The notes beneath the pieces are model-generated. The model did not search any database. It saw only the letters and a list, made by a program, of their open reading frames with translations, and was not told where the DNA came from. Below are positions 53,032 through 64,000 of a DNA stretch of 64,000 nt, in pieces. Position 1 is the first letter of the stretch. Each line of letters begins with the position of its first letter. A program made the translations under genes and the position numbers. The stretch lies in the NCBI RefSeq assembly GCF_009914755.1, contig NC_060945.1; one strand, given 5' to 3'. This stretch comes from the human T2T-CHM13v2.0 reference genome, Homo sapiens.

Positions 53032-53056
53032 CAGCAATGAGAAGACTATCTGTGTC
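53032..53056 (-). pseudogene. KMT2CP: 3' remnant (25 bp) of KMT2C exon 13 at a deletion breakpoint
   Basis: Minus strand reads GACACAGATAGTCTTCTCATTGCTG|GTAAGC (DTDSLLIA). It lies ~1.25 kb upstream of exon 14 and abuts L1-like sequence. Confidence 0.88.
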
Positions 53057-54350
53057 CTCTATACCCTCAGTGTAGGGAAAGGCTTTCTGAATATGACTCA
53101 AAAATCCAGAAGCAAAAGAAGATTAATAAATCTAACTCCACAAAAAGAAACTTTTGCATGGCAAAAAAATAATAATAAAAACAAAGTCAAAAGACACATA
53201 ATACAGCCTGGATAACATGGTGAGACCCTGTCTCTACAAAAGTAAAAAATTAGCTGGGCTTCGTGGTACATATAACTCCTAGCTAACTTGGGAGGCTGAG
53301 GCAGGAAGATTGCTTGAGCCCAGGTCAAGGCTACAGTGAACTATGACCATACCAATGTATTATGGCCGGGGTGACAGGGTGAGACACTGTCTCACACAAA
53401 TAAGCAAAAAAAAAAAAAAAAAAAAAAAAAAGAACAAATAAGCTAGCAGAAAGTATCTGCATCATGTAACACATATAAAGGCTTACATCCCTAACTTATA
53501 AAGAACTCTTAAATTTAGGGAAAAATGCCAAAATCTTCAATAACAGGCAAAACACATGAACAGACAATTCATGAGAAGAAATAAAAACTGACCCTTAAAC
53601 ACATGAAAAAACGATCAACTTCACTCTTAGGATAAACAAAAATTAAAACTACATTGATACACTACTTTTCACCCAGAAGACAGACAAACATTCAAAAGCT
53701 AAACAAGTCATCCTGTTAGCAAAGACGTAGGAAAAGTTCTCTCACACATCTCTGGTGGCAATGCAAAGTACCATAAGCCCCAAAAAAGGGAATTTCACAG
53801 TATCTAACAAAGCTACATATGTGTACACTCCTGAGGCAATAATCCTAGGAATTTACCCTACAGATTTGTCCCTGAGAATTCAAAAACACACATGCACAAA
53901 GCCAGGGAGTGTAAAATCATTTATAATGCAAAATATCATAAACTACTGAAATACCAAAGCACAGGCCACTGGTTGAGTAACCGATAGCACAGATACACAA
54001 TGGAGTGCTATGCAGCTGTTTAAAAGGAGAATGAGATCTCTTGAACTTGCCTAACTTGCCTGGAAGTGATTTCCAGATTTTATTACATGAAAAAAGCAAC
54101 ATGCAAAAGAACATATACAACATGCTACCTTCACTGAAAGAGCAATATATCCTCTTATTCTTAGATGAAAAATAACAGGAGGTTTAAAACAGAAAACAAT
54201 GAAGTTAGTTACTTCCAAGAGGCTGGGGGAAATGCGGTATAAGTAATAAACAAGAGACAGTGACAATTCTGAGCAAAATTTCATATAGTTTTGAGTTTTG
54301 AAAGTATACTAATACCTTCTATATTTAAAAAATTAAATCACTAAGAAAAA
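53057..54350 (+). mobile_element. Old L1M fragments with a partial Alu (53205-53430)
   Basis: GTAGGGAAAGGCTTTCT..ATGACTCAAAAATCCAGAAGC and CATGAACAGACAATTCA motifs. Confidence 0.65.
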
Positions 54351-54586
54351 GGGGAATAAAATCTATTACTGAGAGCAAACTGAAGCAGACTTGCTTTTTA
54401 GATTGAGCAACTGAATAAATGTGCTGCTCTACAACCCAGAATTTTTATTGTAGAAGAACAGACATGCAAGAATGAAAAGGCAAAGAACTCAGTGGAGAAG
54501 GATAAGAACTGGAGGTGCTGGTATAAATTCATTATTTCTAAGTTATGTATATGTATATGAATATTTATGTGTATATACATAACGTG

Positions 54587-54684
54587 TAGGGGTGTTCAAT
54601 CTTTTGGCTTTCCTGGAGCACATTGAAAGAAGAATCGTCTTGGGCCACACACAAGATACACTAACACTAATGACAGCTGATGAG

Positions 54685-54724
<40 letters not shown>

Positions 54725-54838
54725 AAAAAAAAAAAACACCTCATAATGTTTTAAGAAATTTTATGAATTTCTGTTGGGCCACATTCAAAGCCATCCTGGA
54801 CCACATGTAGCCTGCGGGCCATAGGTTGGACAAACTTC
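54587..54838. mobile_element. MER30-like element containing a (CA)n microsatellite at ~54688-54722
   Basis: Reverse-complement match to the element at 13778-13990. Confidence 0.75.
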
Positions 54839-55342
54839 TGTAAGTGTATACACATGCATGTATTTCGTGACACCACCTGCTGAAAGGGTGAAGAAGTAAA
54901 CACCCTCCAGTAGCAATGAGCACACCCAGCACCCATTCCCCACTAAAGGAATCTGGGTTACTTATTTAACAATGGACTTATTCCAGGACTCGGGCATGGG
55001 AGGTATAAGATGAGCTTGTAACATCTTGTTACACCAAAAAGTAATGAAGTGTTCAAAAAAGCGGTGAGGGTAGAACACCAGTGCCAGCTTGAAGGAGCAA
55101 CTGACAGCAAGTATGTGACTATTTGAGCCAAAAAATAATTAGGTAATGAGTTGTAAATGATTGAAGATAATAGGAGTTCATGAGTCAATATTAATAGTAA
55201 GCTTAACATGTGAAAGAAGTGTTCTTGCTTACAAAAGAAAGCAGAGGGCTAACTGGTAAATGTGGTGGGAGTGCTAGAGCTGGAAATGCATCATTTGCAA
55301 CCAAAAGAAAGCATGTTAAAATGGCATCATCAGGCAGTAAGT

Positions 55343-55675
55343 TTGTTGTTGTTGTTTCTGTTGTTGTTGTTGTTGTTGTTGCTGCTGTTTTTTGAGACAG
55401 AGTCTATCTCTGTCACCCAGGCTGGAGTGTAGTAGCATGAGTCCAACTCACCGCAACCTCGCCTCCTGGGTTCAAGCGATTCTCCGGTCTCAGCATCCTG
55501 AGTAGCTGGGATTACATGGCACCCGCTACCATGCCTGGCTAATTTTTGTATTTTTAGTACAGACAGGGTTTCACCATGTTGGCCAGGCTGATCTCGAACT
55601 CCTGACCTCAAGTGATCCACCCACTTCAGCCTCCCAAACTGCTGGGATTACAGGTGTGAGCCACCACACTCGGCC
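55343..55675 (-). mobile_element. AluS with (GTT)n-derived tail
   Basis: Alu consensus and visible triplet repeat. Confidence 0.88.
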
Positions 55676-58600
55676 TAGGGAGTAAGTTTTTCAAATCTAG
55701 AAGGAAATTCTGAGGAAAAGCAAGATATTTGCATGGTCTTAAAGTATCCTCACATACTGCTTTATTAGATACAAAGGAGGGGGGAATAGAAATTGGGCAA
55801 CAGCCTGACCAGGTGATTCTCATGAGGGAAAGTGGAATAATATGTGCTTCCAGTTGTGATACCCTGAGGATGGATCAGCATTTTGCAGTATTCTGGCCAA
55901 TAATGCATGCCTCTCATCTAATTATAAGGGGTTATCAAAAACAAAATGGGGAAATTTCTGTTTGAAAAAAGAAAAAAACAAGTATATCGAGAAGAACTCT
56001 ATTCTTCAAAAATACCAATGACAAAAACTAAATCCTAGAACCTACTTGGAGGAAGGGGTAGATTATGAAGGACATAAGATCAAATGACATAACTGTAATA
56101 TGGCTGGTACATTAGATAAACATACGGCATTGATGTAAGTTTAGGAATTTGATAGCAGGATTGTGATTTTTAAAGAATATTCCTACTATTAAGAAATACA
56201 TACTGAAATGGTGGTAAAAAGGCACAATGTATGTAATTAATCCTCAAATAGTAGGGGGTTGGGGGAATAGAGACACACAGACACACACACATACACACAC
56301 ACACACACACAGAGAAAGTGAGAGAGGGCATGCCCAATGATAATGAAATGCTAACAACAGATATATCTAAGTAAATGGGATATGGGTATTATTTTTATTT
56401 TTTCCAACTTTTAGAGTTTGAACTTATTTTCAAGTAAAAACTTTCTAAAAACGCATAACATACCAAAGAACAGACATTCTTGAGATAAAAATAGGAAAAA
56501 GAAACCTATCTGACGATGACTGGTTTACAATAAAGATCCTGAAAAGATCAACCCCACTCCAGCTCACCAGGGAGCAGCCCCAAACTAGACTGACAGCCCC
56601 GTGGGGGCACACTGATTTGCCCCAACATCTCCAGCCTTCACTACAGTGGTGTTCGCACACAGTAAACACTCAAATGTTAAATGCAAACAAATGAGCAAAT
56701 TATGACTCAAGACTACAGAGAGAACTACAGAAGAATTCAACAGCAGAGAAAGATGATCATTCTTCAAATGGTTCAAAGGACAAACCTTTCAATCCATGAA
56801 AAACTCTATGGTAACTGTTTCTGTACTTACTTTGTGTTAGGCATTGTGCTGGGCACTTTATAGATACCACTTCATTAAATCCAACATCCCTGTGAGGTAA
56901 GTACCGTTAACCTTCTATACACTGACTTAGGGAAGTTAAACAGGTAGCCAAAGATCATCAATTTAGTAACTGAAAAAACTGCAGTTTGACTCCACAGCAT
57001 AAGCTTTTAACCACCACACTATAGTGCCTTCATAGAACAGAATAAAAAGATTAAGTATCCAATAGTATTCCCAGAAATTATGTAATCCTGTCACTCTCAA
57101 AAGAGAATAGCAGATTACAAAGAGCAAATTGAAAAGAAGCACACCAAAGGGGAGACAGAACAAGTTGAGAAAGACACCCAGAATTCTCTACCAGTTCTCA
57201 AGACAATGAAAACCATAATAAAGAAGATTAAGAGCAAGAGACAAAAATTATCCAGTAGTTACTAGATATTATTAGAGAGTGTAAAGAAGGTAATTTTTTA
57301 AGTAAATATATTTTTTTAAAAAGGTGCTGGGGTGGGGGGTGGAGGCGGGGATGGGGATTCACACATCTCCCAAAGCTTTCAGGAAGAAAAAAAGGATTAT
57401 GATTAAATTTTTTCAAGTTAAGATTTTTCTCGTGACAACATAAACTGAAAAAACTGAAGAAAATGTTTTGAGAGTATAAAAAAGAAAAATTTGTAATATG
57501 AAACATTATACTGTGCCAAGTTCTTATAGCCTAAAAGGAACAGTCTCTTTCTGACATGTAGGGTTTCAAAAAATTTATAATTATTTTTAAAGGATCACAA
57601 CCAAGACTCCGAAAGATTGAGGGTAAAGTTGGAATTAACAGAGGAAATATATTTTTGCAAGAAAATTGTGACAAGGTTTACAATCTAGGTTAATCGAATC
57701 AAACAGAGAAAAGGGGAATAAAAACTTTATTGTCAGTGGGGAATGGGAGAAAATTTATATCTTTAATATTTATAATCATTTACATTCACAAAATGAGATT
57801 CTGAATTATAAATCATTGCAGGAAGTAAAAGAAGAGAAAAATAGAAAGAAAAGAAAAATTTTGCCTCAAAACAGCCAAGCATTTCAATTACAACCGTCAA
57901 TCCAAACAGTTACCTCTATTAAGCTTTTCAAAAGATACATTTTTATAACACAAAAGAATCCAAAATAAGATGTGAAAAGATAACCATTCAACTGTTAAAC
58001 TAACACCCTACGTGGCCATAGTGTCAGGCAAAGCAAAATACCTGCCCTTCCTGATCCCTCAACAAAAAACACATTACATAGAATAAAGAACAATTTTATA
58101 CTGGTAAAAAACACAATATATTAACACTGGCCTGACCTACTTGCTAAATAACAGCCACAAATTATTTGTTTAAAAATATGATAAATTGATAGGAACAATT
58201 AATAGTGGTCAATTGTAACTTGTTGAATCAACAAGTCAAAAAATAAGGTAAAAGGACTTCATCTAACTAAATGAAATTAATAAACACAAATGCTACACCT
58301 TTAAAAAGTCAATACTTCAAGTATCAAACATTTATTTTAAAAAACCTACCTTAGTTAAATTCTCTGATTAAATGAAATGTAAGCATAAATTAACATACTT
58401 CAGCACAACTTAAAAGTTATTTGCTAAGGTATATGCATACATAAAGTTACAAATACAATAAACTTGGCTTCAGTCAAAGCTATAGCCTAAGGTAAACTTA
58501 TAGTCTTAAATGTCCTTTTTCCTTAGGAAAGAAAATGAATTACAAATTCAACTTCATATTAAAAGTAAAAAGGCAAGTAGAGGAACTGAGTGAAGATAAG

Positions 58601-59814
58601 AGTGTAAATATACAAATTAGTCAAACAGCAGAGTTTTTCCTTTCCAATGATGTCATTCAGCAAGAGAAGGAATCTGAACAACCTGAGGAAGCAGGCCAGA
58701 GTTCATCACAATCCTTCAGCCCTCAGGTCCCACTTCCCAGGTAGCCACAGCTGAGCACAGTTACCCAGCAGCTCTTTTTCCCCCCAGGAGAGAAAGCCCC
58801 TCCCCTCAACCCCCACCACTCAGGCAGATGCCTAGTAGAACTTGCTGAAGACCACAACAGAACCTGGTAATACTGCTTGCAGTTCTAGGTGCCAAACCTC
58901 ACTGGCGAGGACAGGGTGCAGGTACAGAATCTCTCTGAGTCTGCTCCCACCTCCTCCCCACGCCAGGGACCTGGGGTTCTGGCGACATCACCCTCCTTTC
59001 CCAGGCCCTCCACCTCCTCCCTAGAAAAAGCAGTTCCGAGAAGGGCAATGACAATGCTGTGCCTTCCACTCCCGCACACGGGCCATCACGCCCTCTCCAG
59101 CTCCAGGGAAAACCCGCTCCAGGCCCATGCAGCACCTGAGGGTCATCTCCATCCCTCAACCTCGCGACACCAGCAGCCCAGGAAGGCTAAGCTTAAAAGC
59201 TAAACCGCACCTTGGATTCCAAGGGCTATCTCCACTACCCCACTGCCCCCAACCCGGCTCTGAACACCTCCCCCTGAAGGGGCAGAAGCCAAGTGAGGTA
59301 GGAAGTTAGTTAATGAGTTCATTGGCATTTTTTATAATAGCTCAAAATTTTAAAGGACCCAAATGTTCACCAACAGGTGATTCAATACACAAATTGTGGT
59401 ATCTCCAGCACTCAGTAATACAAAAGAATCACTACTGATCTGTGCAGCAATAGGGATGCATTTCAAAATAATTACACTTAGTTAAAGAAGCCAGACCAAA
59501 AATGAGTATATACTATATGAAGCTTTTATTAAAAATTCTAGGAAGTGAATACTAATCTATAGTGAAAAAGCAGACTAGGAAGACAGAGGGTTTGGGTTTG
59601 AACAGCCACAAAGCAAGCCAAGAGGCACCAGGAAACTTTGACGGTGATGACTATGTTCATTATCTTGAAGAGTGTACAGTTTACTGTATGTCAGTTATAT
59701 GTCAATAAAGCTGTTTTTAAAAAGCTGATGGTAATGTATAGATTTGAATAGATATCCGATTTGTCTGTTCTCCATATAAAACATACAGAGGATTTAAAAA
59801 AGTAAACAACTTAC

Positions 59815-59929
59815 TTTGCATTTCCAGCCATTGGTTGGTACAGATTTCATAATTCGTTGAAGACAAAAAGTATGATGCCCTTTGTCACACGTATCACACA
59901 CTAGCATCTTGCTATCTTCTCCCGATTGT
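59815..59929 (-). pseudogene. KMT2CP: KMT2C exon 9 copy (PHD finger), 115 bp
   Basis: QSGEDSKMLVCDTCDKGHHTFCLQRIMKSVPTNGWKCK; intact AG and GTAAGT; ends at a codon boundary. Confidence 0.95.
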
Positions 59930-61776
59930 CTAAAAAGTAAGATAGCATTAATGATGGCTTATCTTTAAACTTATGTTTTGCAACATAAGTAATCATGAAA
60001 ATCATCAGTCCTGGGAACCGCACAGTTCATAAATACCTCAGTATCTGTTTTGTCTCTGCAGATAGTAACAGAGGTAACCCTACCATAAGGATTACCTCCT
60101 AAATGGTGATCTTTACTCAATGCTCACCTATGGTTAACTTGCTCTAGCCATTTTAGGATTCCTGCAAAGGAGGAAGGGTTAAGGCAAGATGAATAGCCTC
60201 TGATCTTTACTTTTAAAATATAATTTTTGAGAGGAAGGCGCTGTAACTGCTATGTGCTACTGTGTGGAAAGATCAAATCTTGGCACAGCAAATTGAAAAG
60301 ACTGTCATATAATGTAAAGAGGATCAAATTTGGCATCAGATCTCTATTTGTATCCAGGCTGCTGTTTTCTAGCTGTGTCACTAAACAACTTAGACTAAAG
60401 CTGAGTTTCAGGTATAAAACGGGAATAATAAACATTACTGTGAGAATTAAATGTAATGCAGGTTCAAGTGCTTAGAATGTCTATTAAGCAATTAAATGCT
60501 GAATAATTATTTCAAAAGACGAACCTTGTCATAATTATTAAGAATTATAATTGAAAACCTAAAACCTTTCTTTAAACACTCTTCTGCCCCCAAAGATTGG
60601 GCCCCTGTCCTACAGTGTTATCTCTGTTGAGATTTTTGACTATAATTATTTTCAGATACTATGATTTTAAATTCAAGAGGAGGGGAAGAGAAAAAACGGG
60701 GAAAGCAAGAAGAGCTGAGAGAGGAATCTCTGAATGAAATCTGGGGGATAAACAGAAGTCAACAGGAAGATGGGTCAGTTGGCCTCCAATTATTATTCAG
60801 TTCAACCTCTCTATAAAAAGTCACGTTTTATCTCTTCAGCTACATGCAAAGATCTTGGAGGACAAGTACTCTTCCTTCAAGTTCTTTTAATCCTTCCCAA
60901 GAAACTGAGTGCAGATACAAGGTATCGAATAAATGTTTACTGAATATTTTATCTAATTTTTACCAAAATATGAAGGTACATAGTCCTATTTATGTCACGT
61001 AACTCTAAGATATTGACGCTTATTTCTTATAAAACTAAATAATAAAAACAGACTGATCATGGCAGTTGGGCATAATTCTTGCTGGTTACAACAAAAATTC
61101 TCAGCCTGTAAATGAAGATGCTGGTAACATCCCCAAATTATCATGCTCATTAGAATCATGGGAGTGCAAGCAGAAATCACAGAAAAGACTGGAGAAATGA
61201 CCAAGAGATGAAATAAAATAGGAAAAGATAACCCCCTTACAAATTTGTAAATGCCACATATTTCATTTTGGAATTATGCTGACCAGGATCTACTCAAGGT
61301 GGCTTTTAGAGAGATGCAGATGTACATTAAAATAATAGTAGAAAGTGTCCTTCCTGGAATGGAAATTCAAACACATGACTGACGTTTTGACTCAACTCTA
61401 ATTCTTCTACGTCTGTAGTGAGAGGTTTAAATCCTATCACATCCCCTCCCCGGTGCCCCTGAAGACAAGCTACTTTATTCTTCTCATGCTTGTTTTAAAT
61501 TGTTAATATCGCTTATTTTTTAAACTGTTGGTAAATTTAAATTAGCTCTTTAGGTGACCAGAGCAATTTAAATGATTAAAATCAGTTTTGTTTAGACTTC
61601 TTTCAAAATAATATAAACGTTAATATCCAGTAATTTTTTTAAGTATGATGAAGTCACTCTGAATGAATACAGCCAAAATATGAACAACCTTTATTATATT
61701 ACACAAACTTTTAGCGCCTAGCAATAGGGTCCCTCTTAAACCCAATACACAGCTTTGAATTGAAATGAAAACTTAC

Positions 61777-61948
61777 TTGCAGTTCTGGCACACTTTGCAC
61801 TCAGGACATTGCCAACCTGCACGTTTTAATGGAGTAACCGCTATATCCAGGCACATTCCATGATAGTGCTGACCACAAGTAGTACAAAAGAACTGATCTA
61901 AGAGGTCTCCCGGGCTGTCGCACACTGCACAGTTTGCATCTTCCTTCG
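61777..61948 (-). pseudogene. KMT2CP: KMT2C exon 8 copy (PHD finger), 172 bp
   Basis: KEDANCAVCDSPGDLLDQFFCTTCGQHYHGMCLDIAVTPLKRAGWQCPECKVCQNCK; AG acceptor at 61950-61949, GTAAGT donor at 61776-61771. Confidence 0.95.
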
Positions 61949-62766
61949 CTATAATTAACAGTAAAACAATGAAATTGTTGTATAAGAATTTAAATTTTTT
62001 CTGACTACACAGTAAAATCATTTGAAAGGATTTGCATCATGAACCTTTCAGACATTTGAAGTTATTCACATTGAATTGTCATCTAATCAGAAAGAGGTAT
62101 CAATAAAAACACTGTAGGGTATTTAATCTAAATGTAACCACATTAAATTTAATCATATAGTTTTGCAATTATTTGTGGCTATATCTACTTAAGACCGTAA
62201 GCAGGTCTTCTTTAATTTTCTATTCCTAATGCCAATGATAATGCTGGATACCTAATTAATGCTCAATATATGCTCACTGCAAAGAACCAAACAAGGAAAA
62301 CACCAACTAAGAAATGCTTTGCAGTGTAACATAAACATTTTCTTTGAATGCTAAATATATTTTGAAATTACAAAATCAGACAAGAGACAAAATTAAGAAA
62401 CGTTAATACCAATTAGACTAAGATGCTTCTTAAGCATAAACAGACTATTCAAATCACATAAGGGCTTTTTTTTAATTACTGGAAAATGTCTTATGTGGAA
62501 GAACATTAAAGACAGAAGCTACATATTCATACACAAACACATTACTTAATATACTAATTCTATATTCGTCTATATTAATTTCTAGTTGTAAAAGCATTAA
62601 AATCCACATAATTATGGACATCATCCATCCCTAAATGTGGATTAAAAGAAAATGTACTAACAGTTCTTTTACCATATAAAACAGAAAATATAAGGATAAA
62701 CTGCCCTGCCAAATATACAGTTAAACTTATGCATATTGCAAAATAAGGAAAATAATGTATTCTAAA

Positions 62767-63363
62767 ATCATACCAATCTTAGATAATGTATAAAAAATAT
62801 GCCTGTATATAACAAGTATCACAAAGTATATGAATCTTTTCATTTTTTGAAGGTTTGATCATTCCTATCTACTATTCTGACTCATATGTTCTTTCTTTTC
62901 CAGTCAAGCTTATCATACCAACCTTTGATAATATATATAAATATGCCTGTATTTAACAAGCATCACAAAGTACATGAACCATTTTTTTTCCTTTTTTTTT
63001 TTTTTGAGACAGTTTCACTCTGTCACCAAGGCTAGAGAGCAATGGCGCGATCTAGGCTTACTGTAACCTCCGCCTCCCAGGTTCAAGGGATTCTCACGCC
63101 TCAGCCTCCCCAGTAGCTGGGATTACAGGCGTGTGCCACCATGCCCACCTAATTTTTATATTTTTAGTAGAGACGATGTTTCACCACATAGCCCAGGCTG
63201 GTCTCAAACTCCTGAGCTCAAGCAATCCTCCTGCCTCACCCTCCCAAAGTGCTGGGATTACAGGTGTGAGCTACCACACTCAGCCTTTTTCCCATTTTTT
63301 GAAGGTTTGGTCAATCCTATCAATTTCTCTCTGACTCATATGTTCTTTCTTTTCCAGTCAAGC
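62767..63363. repeat. ~143-bp tandem duplication; second copy interrupted by an antisense Alu (~62990-63284)
   Basis: ATCATACCAA...AATATGCCTGTAT...CTGACTCATATGTTCTTTCTTTTCCAGTCAAGC occurs twice. Confidence 0.85.
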
Positions 63364-63403
63364 ATCTTGAAACAGAGTAAAAATATATTTCTTTTATTTG
63401 TAC

Positions 63404-63590
63404 CGGAGTCTGCAAACTTTTCCTGAAAAGGGCTAGATAGTAAATATTTTAGGCTTTGTGAGCCATAGCAGTCTCTGACAAAAAGTCAGACCTTTTGTTT
63501 TTATTTACACTCTTTTAAAAATGTAAAAATAATTCCTCGCTTGAGGGCAGTACAAAAACAGGCTTCAAAATGTGGACGCTGGCTGGACCT
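63404..63590. mobile_element. MER58B-like hAT element
   Basis: GCAAACTTTTCCTGAAAAGGGCTAGATAGTAAATATTTTAGGCTTTGTGAGCCA. Confidence 0.65.
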
Positions 63591-64000
63591 CTGACGTACT
63601 TCATGAAGGCTGGCTTAGCACCTAATACTCATCTGAAGCTACATTAGTGAGGCTGCCAATGCCCATAGGAAACCCGATTTAGTCTTTGGCTTTTTTGCAC
63701 TTTGTAGCATTTGCATTGCTAGCCACTCCCACATTAAAATGCCCCTTTCCTTAGTTTCTATCATGGCAACTCTCTCCTAATTTCTCCTTAGTTTTCCCCC
63801 ACTTTCATCTCATTCTCCTTTGTTGGCTTTTGTACCTACACAATCTTTCTAAATGCTGGAGTTTCTTAGGATTTCATCCTTTTCCTTCTTTCCTAATCCC
63901 CCATAGTTTCCCTTTGTGATCACATCAACTCTCACGCCATAAAATGCCACCATGATTCCTAAATCTGTATTATTGGTCCTAGAATTCTTTCATAAACCCC

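Overview
This is primate, almost certainly human, genomic DNA rich in Alu and L1 repeats. It has no intact protein-coding gene and no prokaryotic features. The window reads as a mosaic of three joined segments. (A) ~1-2190 is unassigned sequence with a young 5'-truncated L1PA and a candidate minus-strand exon. (B) ~2190-7350 is a CpG-island promoter of an unidentified donor gene plus an Alu-dense flank. (C) ~7350-64000 is an unprocessed partial duplicate of KMT2C/MLL3 on the minus strand, matching exons 8-9, a 25-bp remnant of exon 13, and exons 14-25. Exon and residue numbers are recalled from memory of the reference. The KMT2C copy carries a deletion of exons 10-12 and most of 13, an exon-14 acceptor changed from AG to AA, a +1 frameshift in exon 14, a 5-bp duplication creating a stop in exon 19, and a TGA in exon 20. 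It is truncated in intron 25. The most interesting inference is that the deletion plus the dead acceptor predict an in-frame exon 9->15 splice. That splice would leave a stop-free frame of about 301 codons encoding PHD fingers but no SET domain. The captured CpG island also appears bidirectional, so it could drive a chimeric RNA one way and RNA antisense to the KMT2C exons the other way. All transcript-level claims are untested inferences.
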